DNA of 64,000 bases, taken from assembly GCA_038087875.1 (NCBI GenBank), contig JAXLNO010000096.1:1-64000 (forward strand), given 5' to 3'. The translations under genes and the position numbers were made by a program. Source of the stretch: Malacoraja senta (Eukaryota). Below the pieces are notes generated by a model. That model did no database searches, was not told the DNA's origin, and saw only the letters and a list, made by a program, of their open reading frames with translations. Of the stretch, positions 52,801 through 64,000 are shown one piece after another (positions within the stretch are counted from its first letter, which is position 1; every line of letters begins with the position of its first letter).

Positions 52801-55800
52801 GAACCAAACCACGATGCAACCACTCAGCATGCTCTCTACTGTGTACCTGTAGATGTTCGAGAGAGTCCTCCTTGAAAAACCGACTCTCCGTAATCTTCTC
52901 AGGAAGTAGAGGCGCTGATGTACTTACTTTATAATTGCATCAGTGTTCTGGGACCAGGAGAGATCTTCAGAGATGTGCACGCCCAGGTATTTGAAGCTCT
53001 TGACCCTTTCCACCATCGACCCGTTGATATAAACGGGACTGTGCCCCCCCCCATCCTACCCCTTCCAAAGTTCACAATCAATTCCTTGGTTTTGCAGGTG
53101 TTGAGGGCCAGGTTATTGTGCTGGCACCATTTGGTCAATCGGTCGATCTTTCTTCTATACTCTGACTCGTCCCCATCAGTGATACGTCCCACAACAGTGG
53201 TGTCGTCAGCGAACTTGATGATGGAGTTTGCACTATGTCCGGCTACGCAGTCATGAGTATAGAGTGAGTACAGCAGGGGGCTGAGCACGCAGCCTTGTGG
53301 TGCTCCCGTGCTAATTGTTATCGAGTCTGACACATTTCCACCAATACGGACAGACTGTGGTCTGTGAATGAGGAAGTCGAGGATCCAATTGCAGAGGGAT
53401 GCGCAGAGACCCAGTTCTGCGAGTTTGGTAACCAGCTTGGAGGGGATGATTGTGTTAAATGCCGAGCTGTAATCAATGAATAACAGCCTGACATATGAGT
53501 TTTTGTTGTCCAAGTGGTCCAGAGCAGAGTGGAGAGCCAGCGAGATCGCATCCACCGTTGATCTGTTGTGGCGGTAAGCGAACTGCAGTGGGTCCAGTTT
53601 TTGTCGAGGTAGGAGTTGATTTGCGCCATGATCAACCTTTCAAAGCACTTCATCACCACGGGCGTTAGTGCCACAGGTCGATAGTCATTGAGGCACGTCA
53701 CCTTGCTCTTCTTGGGCACCGGTATAATTGATGCCCTTTTAAAGCAGGTGGGAACCTCAGACCTCAGAAGTGAGAGGTTGAAAATGTCCGTAAAAACTCC
53801 AGCCAGTTGGTCCACACAGGTTTTTAGAACACGACCAGGTATACCATCAGGTCCAGGCGCTTTTCGAGGGTTCACCCCTCTGAAGGATTTCCTGACGTCG
53901 GCCTCTGTGACTGAGACTGAAATACCATCGCAGCGAATGGGGTCTCGGGAAGGCACATCGGTGTTCTCCCTTTCAAACCGTGCGTAAAACGCATTGAGCT
54001 CGTCAGGGAGTGATGCTTCGCTGACATTTGAGCTGCCTGCTGAATTTGCCTTGTTGGAGGTGATGGCATTTAAGCCCTGCCACAGTTGCCGAACATCTGT
54101 CTCATCCTCCAGCTTGGAGCAAAGTCCCTTTTGGACTTTTGATGGCCTTACCAAGGTCGTATCTGAACTTCTTGTAGACCTCTGCATCTCCAGACCTGAA
54201 TGCCCGGAATCTGGACTTCAGAAGAGTGCGGATGTTATGGTTCATCCAATAACCGGGCTTAAAGCTGACAGCCTAGCTGAAAGTCAGAACAACTTCTCCC
54301 CCAGTGCTCTCAGATCCCTGACACCCGTGGCTGGTCACATTGACGCAGTGAAATGCCGGCTGTTCACCGTGTGACTGCAGGTGGAACCGGCAACATTCAG
54401 GCGTTGTTGTATTTACACATGCTCTGTTTCAAATATTCACAAACTGTTGAAAATCCATCTATTTCCACTCCTTCTAGGTGTATCTGATTGCTCTCAAGAG
54501 GTGAACTCTATGGCAGAGCCCATGTTCCACAGGCGATGGACTTCCATCCACCTGGTCACAGGGTAACATTAAGTAGCAGTGTCACCCCGGGGCCACTGCA
54601 TGGAGACATTGGTTTCATACCACCTTGTCGCGATCACCTTACCGTGTGCAGGCAAGAAGACCATGGTATTCGCTGTGGGTCGATTCATTGATTTGCTGTT
54701 CCCAGTGAAGTCATCAAACTATTATCACCCCTGCTGATCATTACAGAATCAATGAACAAAAATACTTCCCCAGTTGTTTAACTTTTCACCGGGTGGAAGA
54801 AGTCTCACAATTCCCGCCATCTCTCATCATTATAGGTGACAATATTTACAGAGATAAATTAAACATTATTGATCCTTATCGCACCCACTCACCTTTCATC
54901 CCAAATATTTCATATTGTTTCAGGATTTGCTTTCTCGGTTCTGTTTGAGCCAAAGTGAAAATTCCCGCCCATTTAAATGTGGGTTTATAAATTGTCACAT
55001 CAAGGGTATAGGTATTCACATACATCTCCGGGTACAAGTCCACTTTACTCTCGCCAGCGGCCTTCACTTCGCTCCAATAGTCCCTCGTTCTTCTAAAAGT
55101 CGTCAATATTCCGATTTCCTTCCCTGAGTGTGGTTTCCATTCCCAGACAACAACAGCGTCTTTCTCAGAATTGTCTGTTCCGTTTAATACAATGCCGCCT
55201 CGGTTATCCAAGAAATACATTCGATTTCTGTTTTCTGTTGCAAATACGAACAATGAAGAATTAATATTTAAAACACATTTTCCCCATCCACCCCATATCT
55301 GTAATCATTAATTTTGAACTGAATTTAATTCCAGACAGTTGTGATCTTCCTTGGAAACCCCAGCGAGGAAGACACGGTTTGTGAAGAGATGTCGTCTGGA
55401 ATAACCTGGCCTGATTGATGCAGGGATATTTCATCACATGAGAGAAGTGAGTGAGTGGGAGGGAGGGAGACGTAGGTGGGGGTAGGGGGTTGTGTTGGGG
55501 TAGTGGAGGAACTCCACCTGGTTTTGAAGGAACTTTGTGGGAGCGTGAAGTGAAGACATTGTGCGTGGTTCTCGGGCTGCGACTGGATCGATAAGTCGAG
55601 GGCAGTTCCACCCACCTGGACTGTGGCGAGGAGATGTTGGGAAGGATGGTGTGGACAACCGTGTCAAAGGCTGCAGAGGCTCAGCGGGATGAGGAGGGAG
55701 AGTTTAACTCTGCAACAAGCTCACAGGAGGCCATTTCTGACTTTGATAAGGACCGTTTCGGTGCAGGAGAAGGAGAGGGAGTTGATGGGATGGGCTCAGA

Positions 55801-56160
55801 AATGGAGGTCCAGCAAGGATGGCGTGGATTTGTGAGACAGCAACACATACAGGGATGTGGAATGGAGGTCCAGGAAGGATGGTGTGGATTTGTGAGGCTA
55901 CAACACATTCAGGGATGTGGAATGGAGGTCCAGGAAGGATGGCGTGGATTTGTGAGGCAGCAACACATTCAGGGACGTGGAGAGGAAAGCGAGATTGACA
56001 ATGGGTGCGGGTTTACACGGACAATGATAATTAGTGCAAGGTGATTGTGACCGGCGAAGAGAAAGCACTTACTCTGTGTGGAAACAGGTCGAAGCAGGAA
56101 AACAAAGAAACCTAACATCAAACCAAGTGGCAAACTGCTGCAGAGAAACCTCGGCCTCAT
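43741..56160 (-). CDS. Gene B: intact 4-Ig-domain (V-like/C2/V/C2) type I membrane receptor with ITIM-bearing tail, 550 aa. Exons 56160-56073, 55234-54893, 52314-52045, 50991-50650, 50571-50311, 48266-48159, 47440-47363, 45464-45408, 43979-43936, 43803-43741
   Basis: Internal exons are bounded by AG/GT with matching phases. Summed length is 1653 nt = 551 codons with no internal stop. Contains a leader, Ig motifs (VTLSC..W..YVC; LVC..W.W..DAGVYAC; VTLTC..W..WRC), a hydrophobic TM followed by RKRK, and Tyr motifs. Confidence 0.8.
43936..43979 (-). CDS. Gene B cytoplasmic exon 3
   Basis: ttacag acceptor, GTAAGT donor, 44 nt, phase 1->0. [15 protein letters not shown]. Confidence 0.65.
44190..44790 (+). 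mobile_element. Internally deleted non-LTR element, possibly R2/Hero-like
   Basis: N-terminal zinc-finger-like [23 protein letters not shown] joined to a 3'UTR-like end. Confidence 0.45.
45408..45464 (-). CDS. Gene B cytoplasmic exon 2, ITIM IHYGSI
   Basis: ttccacag acceptor, GTAAAC donor, 57 nt. [19 protein letters not shown]. Confidence 0.7.
47363..47440 (-). CDS. Gene B cytoplasmic exon 1 (DEYMSV)
   Basis: ttttccag acceptor, GTAAAT donor, 78 nt. [26 protein letters not shown]. Confidence 0.65.
48159..48266 (-). CDS. Gene B transmembrane exon (uncharged)
   Basis: 108 nt. [35 protein letters not shown]. Confidence 0.85.
49092..49912 (-). mobile_element. L1/Tx1-clade LINE 3' fragment in gene B D4-TM intron
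   Basis: ORF 49426-49776 ([32 protein letters not shown]), AATAAA and an A-rich end. Confidence 0.75.
50311..50571 (-). CDS. Gene B D4 exon, C2-type Ig domain
   Basis: 261 nt. [23 protein letters not shown] donor. Confidence 0.85.
50650..50991 (-). CDS. Gene B D3 exon, V-type Ig domain
   Basis: 342 nt and open. [33 protein letters not shown]. Confidence 0.85.
52045..52314 (-). CDS. Gene B D2 exon, C2-type Ig domain
   Basis: 270 nt, phase 1/1. [19 protein letters not shown]. Confidence 0.85.
52365..54250 (-). mobile_element. Rex1/Babar-type LINE (RT) in gene B D1-D2 intron
   Basis: ORFs 53318-54187 and 52929-53555 carry [28 protein letters not shown] and FADDT. Confidence 0.88.
54893..55234 (-). 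CDS. Gene B D1 exon, Cys-less V-like Ig domain
   Basis: 342 nt, phase 1/1, AG...GTGAGT. Motifs [15 protein letters not shown] and [12 protein letters not shown]. Confidence 0.8.
55790..55985. repeat. 60-bp tandem repeat x3
   Basis: aatggaggtccag..caacacattcagggatgtgg at 55801, 55861 and 55921. Single copy in gene A intron 1. Confidence 0.85.
56073..56160 (-). CDS. Gene B leader (signal peptide) exon
   Basis: [29 protein letters not shown] followed by a phase-1 GTAAGT donor. Homologous to 5663-5750. Confidence 0.75.
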
Positions 56161-56214
56161 TTTGTACATTCTTTGTTTGGAAATAAGGTGCAGTTTTAGA
56201 CTAAGGATCAGTAA

Positions 56215-59200
56215 ATTGGTAGTTGGCAAATGTTGTATTGAGTACAGCCAGTTTGAAGCTCCTGACCCTGGGGCACTTTAGAATTGGCCGCACACAATTA
56301 CACGGGGAAAATACATTCGCTTGGTGGACTCTGCCGCTGGAATATTGTCACTTCAGTAATCTGGGATTTCACCACCATATTCAACCGCTATCGGTTTGCC
56401 TTGTCCCAAATCACTCATCTGAACTCCGCCTTTTTAATGTTTGACTCAATTACCTCCTACCACTCGGTAAAATATTCTCAACTAAATCAGACATCGCAAG
56501 TGAGTCAATGAACAGAGAAGGCAACAGAATGGCAAGGGCTATTCAATATTCTCAAACGGTCCCAGGACGTTGTCGGCGAAACGGGAAAAAAGTATTCAAT
56601 TTAGATTGACTAGGAAACGGAGACGAGGAAAGACTTTTTCTCACAGAGAGCTGCGAGTCTGTGGGATTCTCTGCCTCAGAGGACGGTGGAGGCCGGTTCT
56701 CTGGATGCTTTCAAGAGAGAGTTAGATAGAGCTCTTAAAGATAGCGGAGTCATGAGATATGGGGAGAAGGCAGGAACGGGGTACTGATTGCGGAAGATCA
56801 GTCATGATAACATTGAATGGCCTACTCCTGCACCTATTGTCTATTGTCTATTGAAACCAGTAGGAAAATGGCATATGCTGGTCATTTAGCTGTGAGAAAC
56901 AAAGGAGACAAAACGAGATTAATAAAGTGTGTATGCCCTTGTCAAATCTAAAGTGGAACAAACTGATTGAATGAGTGATAAATCACAGTTTACAGGACAT
57001 CCAACATTGTTCAGTTTGTGGATACCTTTTAAACCACTCTTTGACACGAAGTGAGACTGCAGTGAGGTCGCCTACCTTGTGAGAAGAGACAGAGACTGAG
57101 CAACAAAGCTCCAAGCACGGCGACACACTGAGATTCACAGTCTCACACAGTTTCTTTGGAAGGGCAAACATCCTTTCTCTTTCTTTCCAGCTCAGGATTC
57201 AGACACCATTTGTGTTGATAATGTTTGCCTCAGATTAAAAATCATCTTGTAAAAGCTAATTTGGACAAACCAAATCGGGAATTTCCTGAGATCACAAATA
57301 TATTGGATAAGTTTAGACTTGGAACCTCCTTATATTAAATGCTATTAGTGGGTGGCAAATGTCTAAGATAATGGCAAACGAGGGAATCTGCTGTTTTGTA
57401 ACGAAGGGAACATGGTCAATATTCACGCCTTGCAGCGATGTTCAAGCTTTAGCACAAGTTCAAGTGAGTTTATTGTCATATGTCCCTGATAGGACAATGA
57501 AATTCTTGCTTCAGCACAACAGAACATAGTAGGCATTGACTACAAAACAGATCAGTGTGTCCATATACCATTATATGTCCATATACCATTATAGCTGGTC
57601 CTGCAGTTTAAATATATATCCAAATGTATCAGATCACGGTGGGTTTAGGGGGTTACAAATGAGGTGCATTTGAGAATCAGGATCATACATTATTTTCAAA
57701 CTTACTACAATATTGAATGCAAATTTTCTCCCGAGCTTTTAATTTCACTCAAGGTGGAACCTCCAGCCAATATTTTCATTCGCATCCAAATTGTTCCTGT
57801 ACCTTGCAGTGTTCTCCAAGTTCAACCTCACAGAGTGCACCAAGACCTTCACAGCCTCTGAGAATAACCCGCATAACCACCTTGCATTTCTCTAAAACAA
57901 ATGTCACCATTTGAAGTGGTGATGATCTATAAAATCATACTTAAGAATGTTTCATCGTCGTGAGATCTTGAACGGAACAAGGGCACTAAATAATTTGCAA
58001 AGGAAATGCTGCAGTAAATTGCTAGTTGGCAAGCGTTGTATTGAACACAGCCACTTTGAAAACCCTGGGCCCGGACCATTTGAGAATTAACCGCACACAA
58101 TTACACGGGGAAGGACCATTCCTCTGTTGAATCTGCCACTGGAATATTGTCACTGCTGTAATCTGGGATTTCACAACCACATTCAGTCGGTTTGCCTTGA
58201 CTGAAACGACTCATGTGTACGCTGACATTTTCATTCTTGAACCACTTACTTCCTGCTTCTCGGTAGAATGGTTTTAACTCATTTGTACCTCACTAGGCAG
58301 ACAATTAATTCAGCGGGCAACAGAACGGCGAGGACATTGAACATCCTCAATCAGTCCCAGAGGATTGCCGGAGAAATGGGAAAAAATAAAATCCACATGA
58401 GCATGGATACATTAGATTGACCAGGCAACAAAGAAGAAAGCCCAAATGGGTAAAATGGCAGATGCTGGTAATTTAGCTTCATTAAGTTTCTAGTGGAAAC
58501 AATGGAGACAAAAATACATTGATAAAGTTTCGTGTTGGAAGGAACTACAGATGCTGCTTGATACCGAATATAGACACTAATGTAAGTGGGCGGGAGAAAC
58601 TGGGCGGGACAGGCAGCATCTCTGGAGAGAAGGAATGGGTGACGTTTCGGGTCGAAGAAATCTGGGTCTGAAGAAAGGTCTCGACCCGAAACGTCATCCA
58701 TTCTTTTTCTCCAGAGATGCTGCCTGTCCCGCTGAGTTACTCCAGCATTTTGTGTCTCTCTTCATTATTCATTACGTTTCTATGTCCTTGTAAAATCTAA
58801 AGTAGAACAGGCTGGAACAGTCTAATAAATGGTTGTAGGAGTGGAATATCACACGTTAGAAATTATTGAACACGGAGTTCCGTTTCTAGATCCCATTTAA
58901 ACCACTCCTTTACCTGAAGTGAACCTGTAGTCAGGTCGCCTACCTTGTGGGAAGAGACTGGTGAACGAGTCCAGAGACTTGGGCAGCAAAGTTCCAAGCA
59001 CGGCGACACACTGAGTTCCCCAGTCTCACTCTGTGTCTTATCAAACTACAGGACCTTCCTCTTCCTCTCCTGCTCATGGTTCAGACATCACTTCTGTTGA
59101 AAGCGTTTGTGTCAGCGTAAAACCCATCTTGTAAAACCTTATTTCCGCAAAGGAAAATGGGAATTTACTGAGCTCAAACATGCATTGGATGCGTTGAGAC

Positions 59201-60385
59201 ATGGAACCTCATCTTTCTCAAGGTTATTGGAGGATAACAAATGTCAAGGGCATTGGGGAATGAGAGTATCTATTGTTTTGTAATGATGAGTAGGTGTCAA
59301 TCTTCTTGCATCTGTAGTGATGTTCTGATTGAGTTTTGAGACACAGCATGGAAACATGCCCTTAAGCCCTCTGTCCGTGCCGACCACTGGTCACCCGTTC
59401 ACGCTCGTTCTGTTATCTCACTTTCCCGTCCACTCCCTACACACTACAGGCAGTTTATGGAGGTCAAGTAACCTACAACCCCACTCATTCGTGGCCACAG
59501 GGAGCGTGCTATCTCCACCCATAGACCACCCGTTGTCAGATTTGAACCCTGGTCTACGGCTCTGTGAGGCAGCAACTCTAACATCTGTGCCACTGTGATT
59601 TGGGTGGTTTGGCAGTTTAAAACTATGTGAGTTATGGGTTGAGGAGAACACAAACGAGCAGATGTGATAATAAAATTGCTGAATTTACTCAGTTATTCGA
59701 ATATTGAGTGTAATAATCTTCTGAGTTTCACACAAGGTAAACCCACCAGTCACCATCCTCATGATCATCCAATTTCTTCTGCAACTTTCAGTTTTCTCCA
59801 AATCAAACCGCACAGTTTGCAGCAAGACCTTCACAACCTCTGGGAATAAATCACGTCCCTTCCAGTTCAATTCAGTTTAGTTCAGTGTCACGTTTCTGAG
59901 GTAAAGAGAAAAGCTTTCGCAGAGTGCTAACCAGCCTGGAGAAAGACAAGCATAATGAATGCTATTCACAACTGAAGTTAGAATAGTTTCCAGTAACACA
60001 TATTCAAGCAGATGACTGTGTGATGTTTGAAATGTCTATGATAATGGCAAATGACAGAATCTGTTGTTTTGTCATAAATGGAATGGTCAATATTCTTGCC
60101 TGTTCATGCTGTAGTTGGTCCGATAGTTCAAACCAATATTCAATTGCATCAGATCATGGTGGAGGTTGGACTTAGGAGGTCACCAATGAGCTGCATATGA
60201 TAATCAAACTACTACAATTTTTCAAAGTAAGTCCAATATTGTGAGGAATTTTCTCCTCAGTTCTGAATTTCACTCAAGGTAGAACCTCCAGCAAACATTT
60301 TCACAATCACAAGTTTTTCTCCATGTCATTTTGGTGTTCTCCAAGCCCAACCTCACAGAGTTGCGCCAAGATCTTCACAGCCTTG
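56215..60385. repeat. Old tandem duplication of a ~1.8-kb unit upstream of gene B
   Basis: 56215-57430 resembles 58015-59320. 57600-57860 resembles 59640-59850 and 60110-60385. Confidence 0.7.
58535..58765. mobile_element. Inverted (palindromic) Penelope-like terminal repeat fragment. Related copies near 4070, 15200, 16270, 24050, 46700, 48410, 61650 and 63450
   Basis: Head-to-head arms flanking CTGAAGA..GGTCTCGACCC GAAACGTC. Confidence 0.6.
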
Positions 60386-62334
60386 AGATATAGACACGAG
60401 AGATACATTGTGTTCCAGGTGTACACTGGCCCTATCCCCGAACTCTATCCCCATTACATTGATGACTGCATCGGTGCTAGAAAATATATCCACAATATGC
60501 AAGCACAATCCATACCCAGAATTGCTTGGTCAAGTTAGTGGAGTGGCACAAATTGACCCAGTTAGTCACCATCATAACTTGGAAATGCATTGCTGATCCT
60601 TCGTTATTTGTGGGGCCTACTCCTATCATTTACTAAACACCTCAGTGGTGAAATAACGATGGACACATCCTCGTGGGTTAAAATGGAAGCCTAAGCACTG
60701 AGGCCCACATCCAAAAACATAGATTTATAAGCAACAATTCTGGAGGGAATCACAAAGTGCAGCTCATCATCAGCTCAGGAGTTAGTGTCGTCCTCATTGT
60801 GACAAGAAATCTAATCAGGCTCCTCCCTTAATCCGGGTTAACAACTCTTTTCCCCCATATTGTGTGAATTCTGCAGAGAAATACAATTCATTTTTATTGC
60901 TGCTCACCCTCTTTGATATTTCCCCCCAGCTCCTGAATCTTTCTCTTCGTAATTCATCTCATTGCCCCTCCAACGCACACTGTCCGTCACTCTCACATTC
61001 CAAACATCACCCCCTGTCTTAACTGGTGCAAATGTCTCCGTTGAGGCACTTGCTGAGTTTCACAGCAGAAGTGTAAACAGGACCTAACACAGATCCTTCA
61101 TCTTTTACGCTGATGTTATCTTCAGAAACAACTTATCTATTTACCCTTTACATTTTAAAGTAATTCTGTGGAAATTCTATTTATGTAATTGTTTTATTAC
61201 TATGAGAACAGAACATGGGGCATGTGTGCTGATGATGCATTTATTATAATGATAATAACTAACTATTGCATTGTTGGTATCTTGACCAAAAAGAGTATTT
61301 TTAAAATTATTGTTGCTACTTCCCACTGATTAAAAAATAAAATAGTGGTGTTTCTATTGTTCCTATTGTCTATTGTCTATTGTGGTGTTTCTCTCTACTA
61401 AATTACTGCTCTTTATTGTTTTCTACATATTAAATTTCCTGTTTGCTACTTGTTGGATGAAAATATTTCAATCTCCAACCTGGTTTGGTGCTTCCAGGTT
61501 CCAAAACAGTGTTTTGATATTTTAAAATAATTTATGCGATAAGACAATGTCTTTTTGAATTTATGTAAGTGAAATCATGGCAAACAAATCTATTGGAGAT
61601 GATGGTGATGTACCATGTAGAATAGATAAGGGAGAGGATTTGGAGACCCAAGAGTTTGCAGATTCTGGAAACACGAGCAAAGAGCAAACTGCTGGAGGGA
61701 ATTTGTGGATCAGGAATCATCTGTGGAAGTAAATGGACAGATGACCAATGGCAACTGAAGAAGGGTCACGATACAGGGTCATCTGCACATTTTCCTCGAC
61801 AGATGCTGCCTGACCCACTGAGTCCCTCCAGCAGATTGTTTTTGTTTGTTTCAGGGAGAACAAGAGGATGTGTCCAATTTTCAGAAGGTCTTTGAATTTT
61901 TTAATATGTGGATTAGGCAATATTAAACAGGCATAAATTAAAAATAATTTGGCAGACAGGAAACAGAGAGAAGACTTCGTTAGTGTGGCAGTTGGTGATG
62001 AATGATCCAGAATCAATCCAGTTCTTGTGTCCATTATTTTCAATGTTCATCAATGGTATTGACAAGGAAACAAATTTAATGTTTCTAAGTTTGATGACAT
62101 GAAACTGAGAGTAAGTAGGAGAAGCAAAGAGGATGCAAAGAGGTTTCCAGGTGATGTCAGTCAGTTGAGTTACTTGCCAAATATACACAGATGCAGCAGA
62201 GAGTCATAGAGCTGTAGAGCATGGAAATAGACACATCGACCCAACGCACACATGCTGACCAAGATGTCCAACTGACCCCATCACAATTGGCTGTGCCTGG
62301 CCCATGTCTCTCCGAACATGCCTTTGTGCTCTCC

Positions 62335-63020
62335 TTACCGGAGAAAGGGGTTTTCAGCCACAGATGTAATGCAGCCAAGGCTGACCAGACTGATTCCTGG
62401 AATGGCAGGACCAATGTGTAAGGAGAGGAAGAGCTGACTGAGCCAGCACTCACTGGAGTTTGGAAGACTAAAACATGACCTCTCTAAATTAAACAAAATT
62501 CAAAGCAGAGCTAGACAGACTCGATACATGAAGATATTTCCAGTGACTGTAGGATCTGGAACAAGGGGTTTTGGACTCAAGATCAGGGGTGAAACATTTA
62601 GGGCTGAGACATTTCTTCATTGTGAATATGGTGAGCCATTGAAATCCACCCCACAGAAAATGGTAGATGGCAGGTCACTGAATCCTGTTAAGTAGGGGAT
62701 AGATCTATTTGACATAAAATGCATCAACATTTATCGGGAGAGAATTGGAATATGAGATTGTTTGGAATGATTGAACAGGCTCAACGTGACAAATAATCCA
62801 CCCCTGATTCTCGTTTGCATGTTTCAATAGGTTTTGGGATGTTTTCTTTGTCCTTCACACTTCTGATGTTTATTTACACATTGTGAAATTTAGTTGAGAT
62901 AAAAACAGGAAGTGAAACAACCCAGAGCTCAGAATAGACAAATCATTGTGGTTAAATTGCAAGGCAGCTCTTCATGCAGCCTTGACCATTGCTCTGAATT
63001 TTGCATCAGGTCCTGAATGC
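62335..63020 (+). repeat. Direct-orientation paralog of 1531-2032 plus 3763-3890 (gene A upstream region)
   Basis: Colinear similarity that extends beyond the decayed CR1 into non-repeat sequence (caggaagt..atcattgtggtt..caggtcctgaatg). Confidence 0.75.
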
Positions 63021-64000
63021 AGGGCTGCCAACTCTCACACATTGACATTTTCCTTCACCTTTCCTTGGCTAAGAGCTCCCTCTTTCCCTGAATCCCCACC
63101 CTGGTGATGGGAACCCCCTCTTTCCCTGCACCCGCACCCTGGTAATGGGAACCCCCTCTTTCCCTGCATCCCCCCCTGGTGTGAACACTTCCCTCAACAC
63201 CTTGGTCACTCTTCTCCTTCCCTGTGTATGCTCACCTCCCAAACCAGTCTCATATTTCACTCTATCCCCTTCCACCCGTATCCCTCCCTCCAGCTTTACG
63301 TTTCACTTCTCATCTGTTGCACCTTTTGTCTCCTTGTCACCCCTAGCCAATGTCACAACCCATCGCCCTCTCCCCTGTATCCACTAATCACATCACAGGC
63401 TTTATCCTGCTCTCACCTCTTTCCCACTTTCTCTGTCCGACTCCATCAGTCTGAAAGGGTCCCAACAGGAAATGACCGCATCTGTCCATTCCCTTTGTGG
63501 TCAGGTAGATGGTGCCTGATCTGCCAAGTACCTCCAGCACTTTGTTTTGGACCAAGTTACATTCCCTGGTTAAAGTAATCCTAGTTGGCTGCTGTTGCAG
63601 GGAAAGTAATTTAATGTTCACTCGACTAAGTTCATTCTGACACAGGAGGCCTGGTCTCCCAACGCAATATTCCACCACTCACCCATAGCCCCAACTACGC
63701 AGGCGTGGCTGACGTATTCCGGTTGTGACGCTCCTGATCTCACCCCCTCACTCCGCTCCTTGCCATTCCACCCCACGCACTCACTCCATCCCCCTCCCCG
63801 CATCCGTTCTTAGCCGCTCTCCGACAGCGCATCCATTCCGCCCATTGGGTTCCCATTGTGATGTAGAATATGCAGGCATTACTGCGCAGGCACAGCTGAC
63901 GGGCATGGCAAGTGGAAAAGAGATATTAATGCCTAAAATGTGAATAACTCTTAAAATGCAGCAACAATTTGAACGTTAAAGATGAGATTTATTCAGTTCA

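Noticed and set aside
43741..56160. Naming gene B as CD4 or LAG3
   Set aside because: Only the domain order matches. It has no Lck-binding motif, a Cys-less D1, an ITIM tail and a multicopy cluster context, so no symbol is assigned without a search.
57075..57145. Leader-like VAVLGALLLSLCLFSQ with GT donor upstream of gene B
   Set aside because: There is no in-frame ATG (upstream TGA), and it is part of the decayed tandem unit.

Overview
Repeat-rich eukaryotic DNA, most likely from a cartilaginous fish such as a skate or ray. That assignment is inferred from the HE1-type SINEs and the CR1, Rex1 and Penelope-derived repeat landscape. The ORF track shows only fragments of the main feature: two paralogous multi-exon immunoglobulin-superfamily receptor genes facing each other tail-to-tail. 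Gene B (minus strand, 56160->43741, 10 coding exons, 550 aa) reconstructs as an open frame. It has a leader, four Ig domains (Cys-less V-like, C2, V, C2), a neutral transmembrane (TM) segment and a tail with three Tyr motifs including a canonical ITIM (IHYGSI). Gene A (plus strand, 5663->26935) has eight Ig domains, the same four-domain cassette twice. It also has an Arg at the start of the TM and a short Tyr-less tail, but carries a stop at the end of domain 3 and frameshifts in domains 6 and 8. Together they resemble an inhibitory/activating (or decoy) paired-receptor locus of a family I cannot name. The 17 kb spacer holds a deleted BEL/Pao LTR element, a Gypsy fragment, a class I endogenous retrovirus lacking RT, satellites and an orphan CpG-rich first exon. 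Exon coordinates were read by eye from GT/AG sites and reading phase, and no database search was possible.
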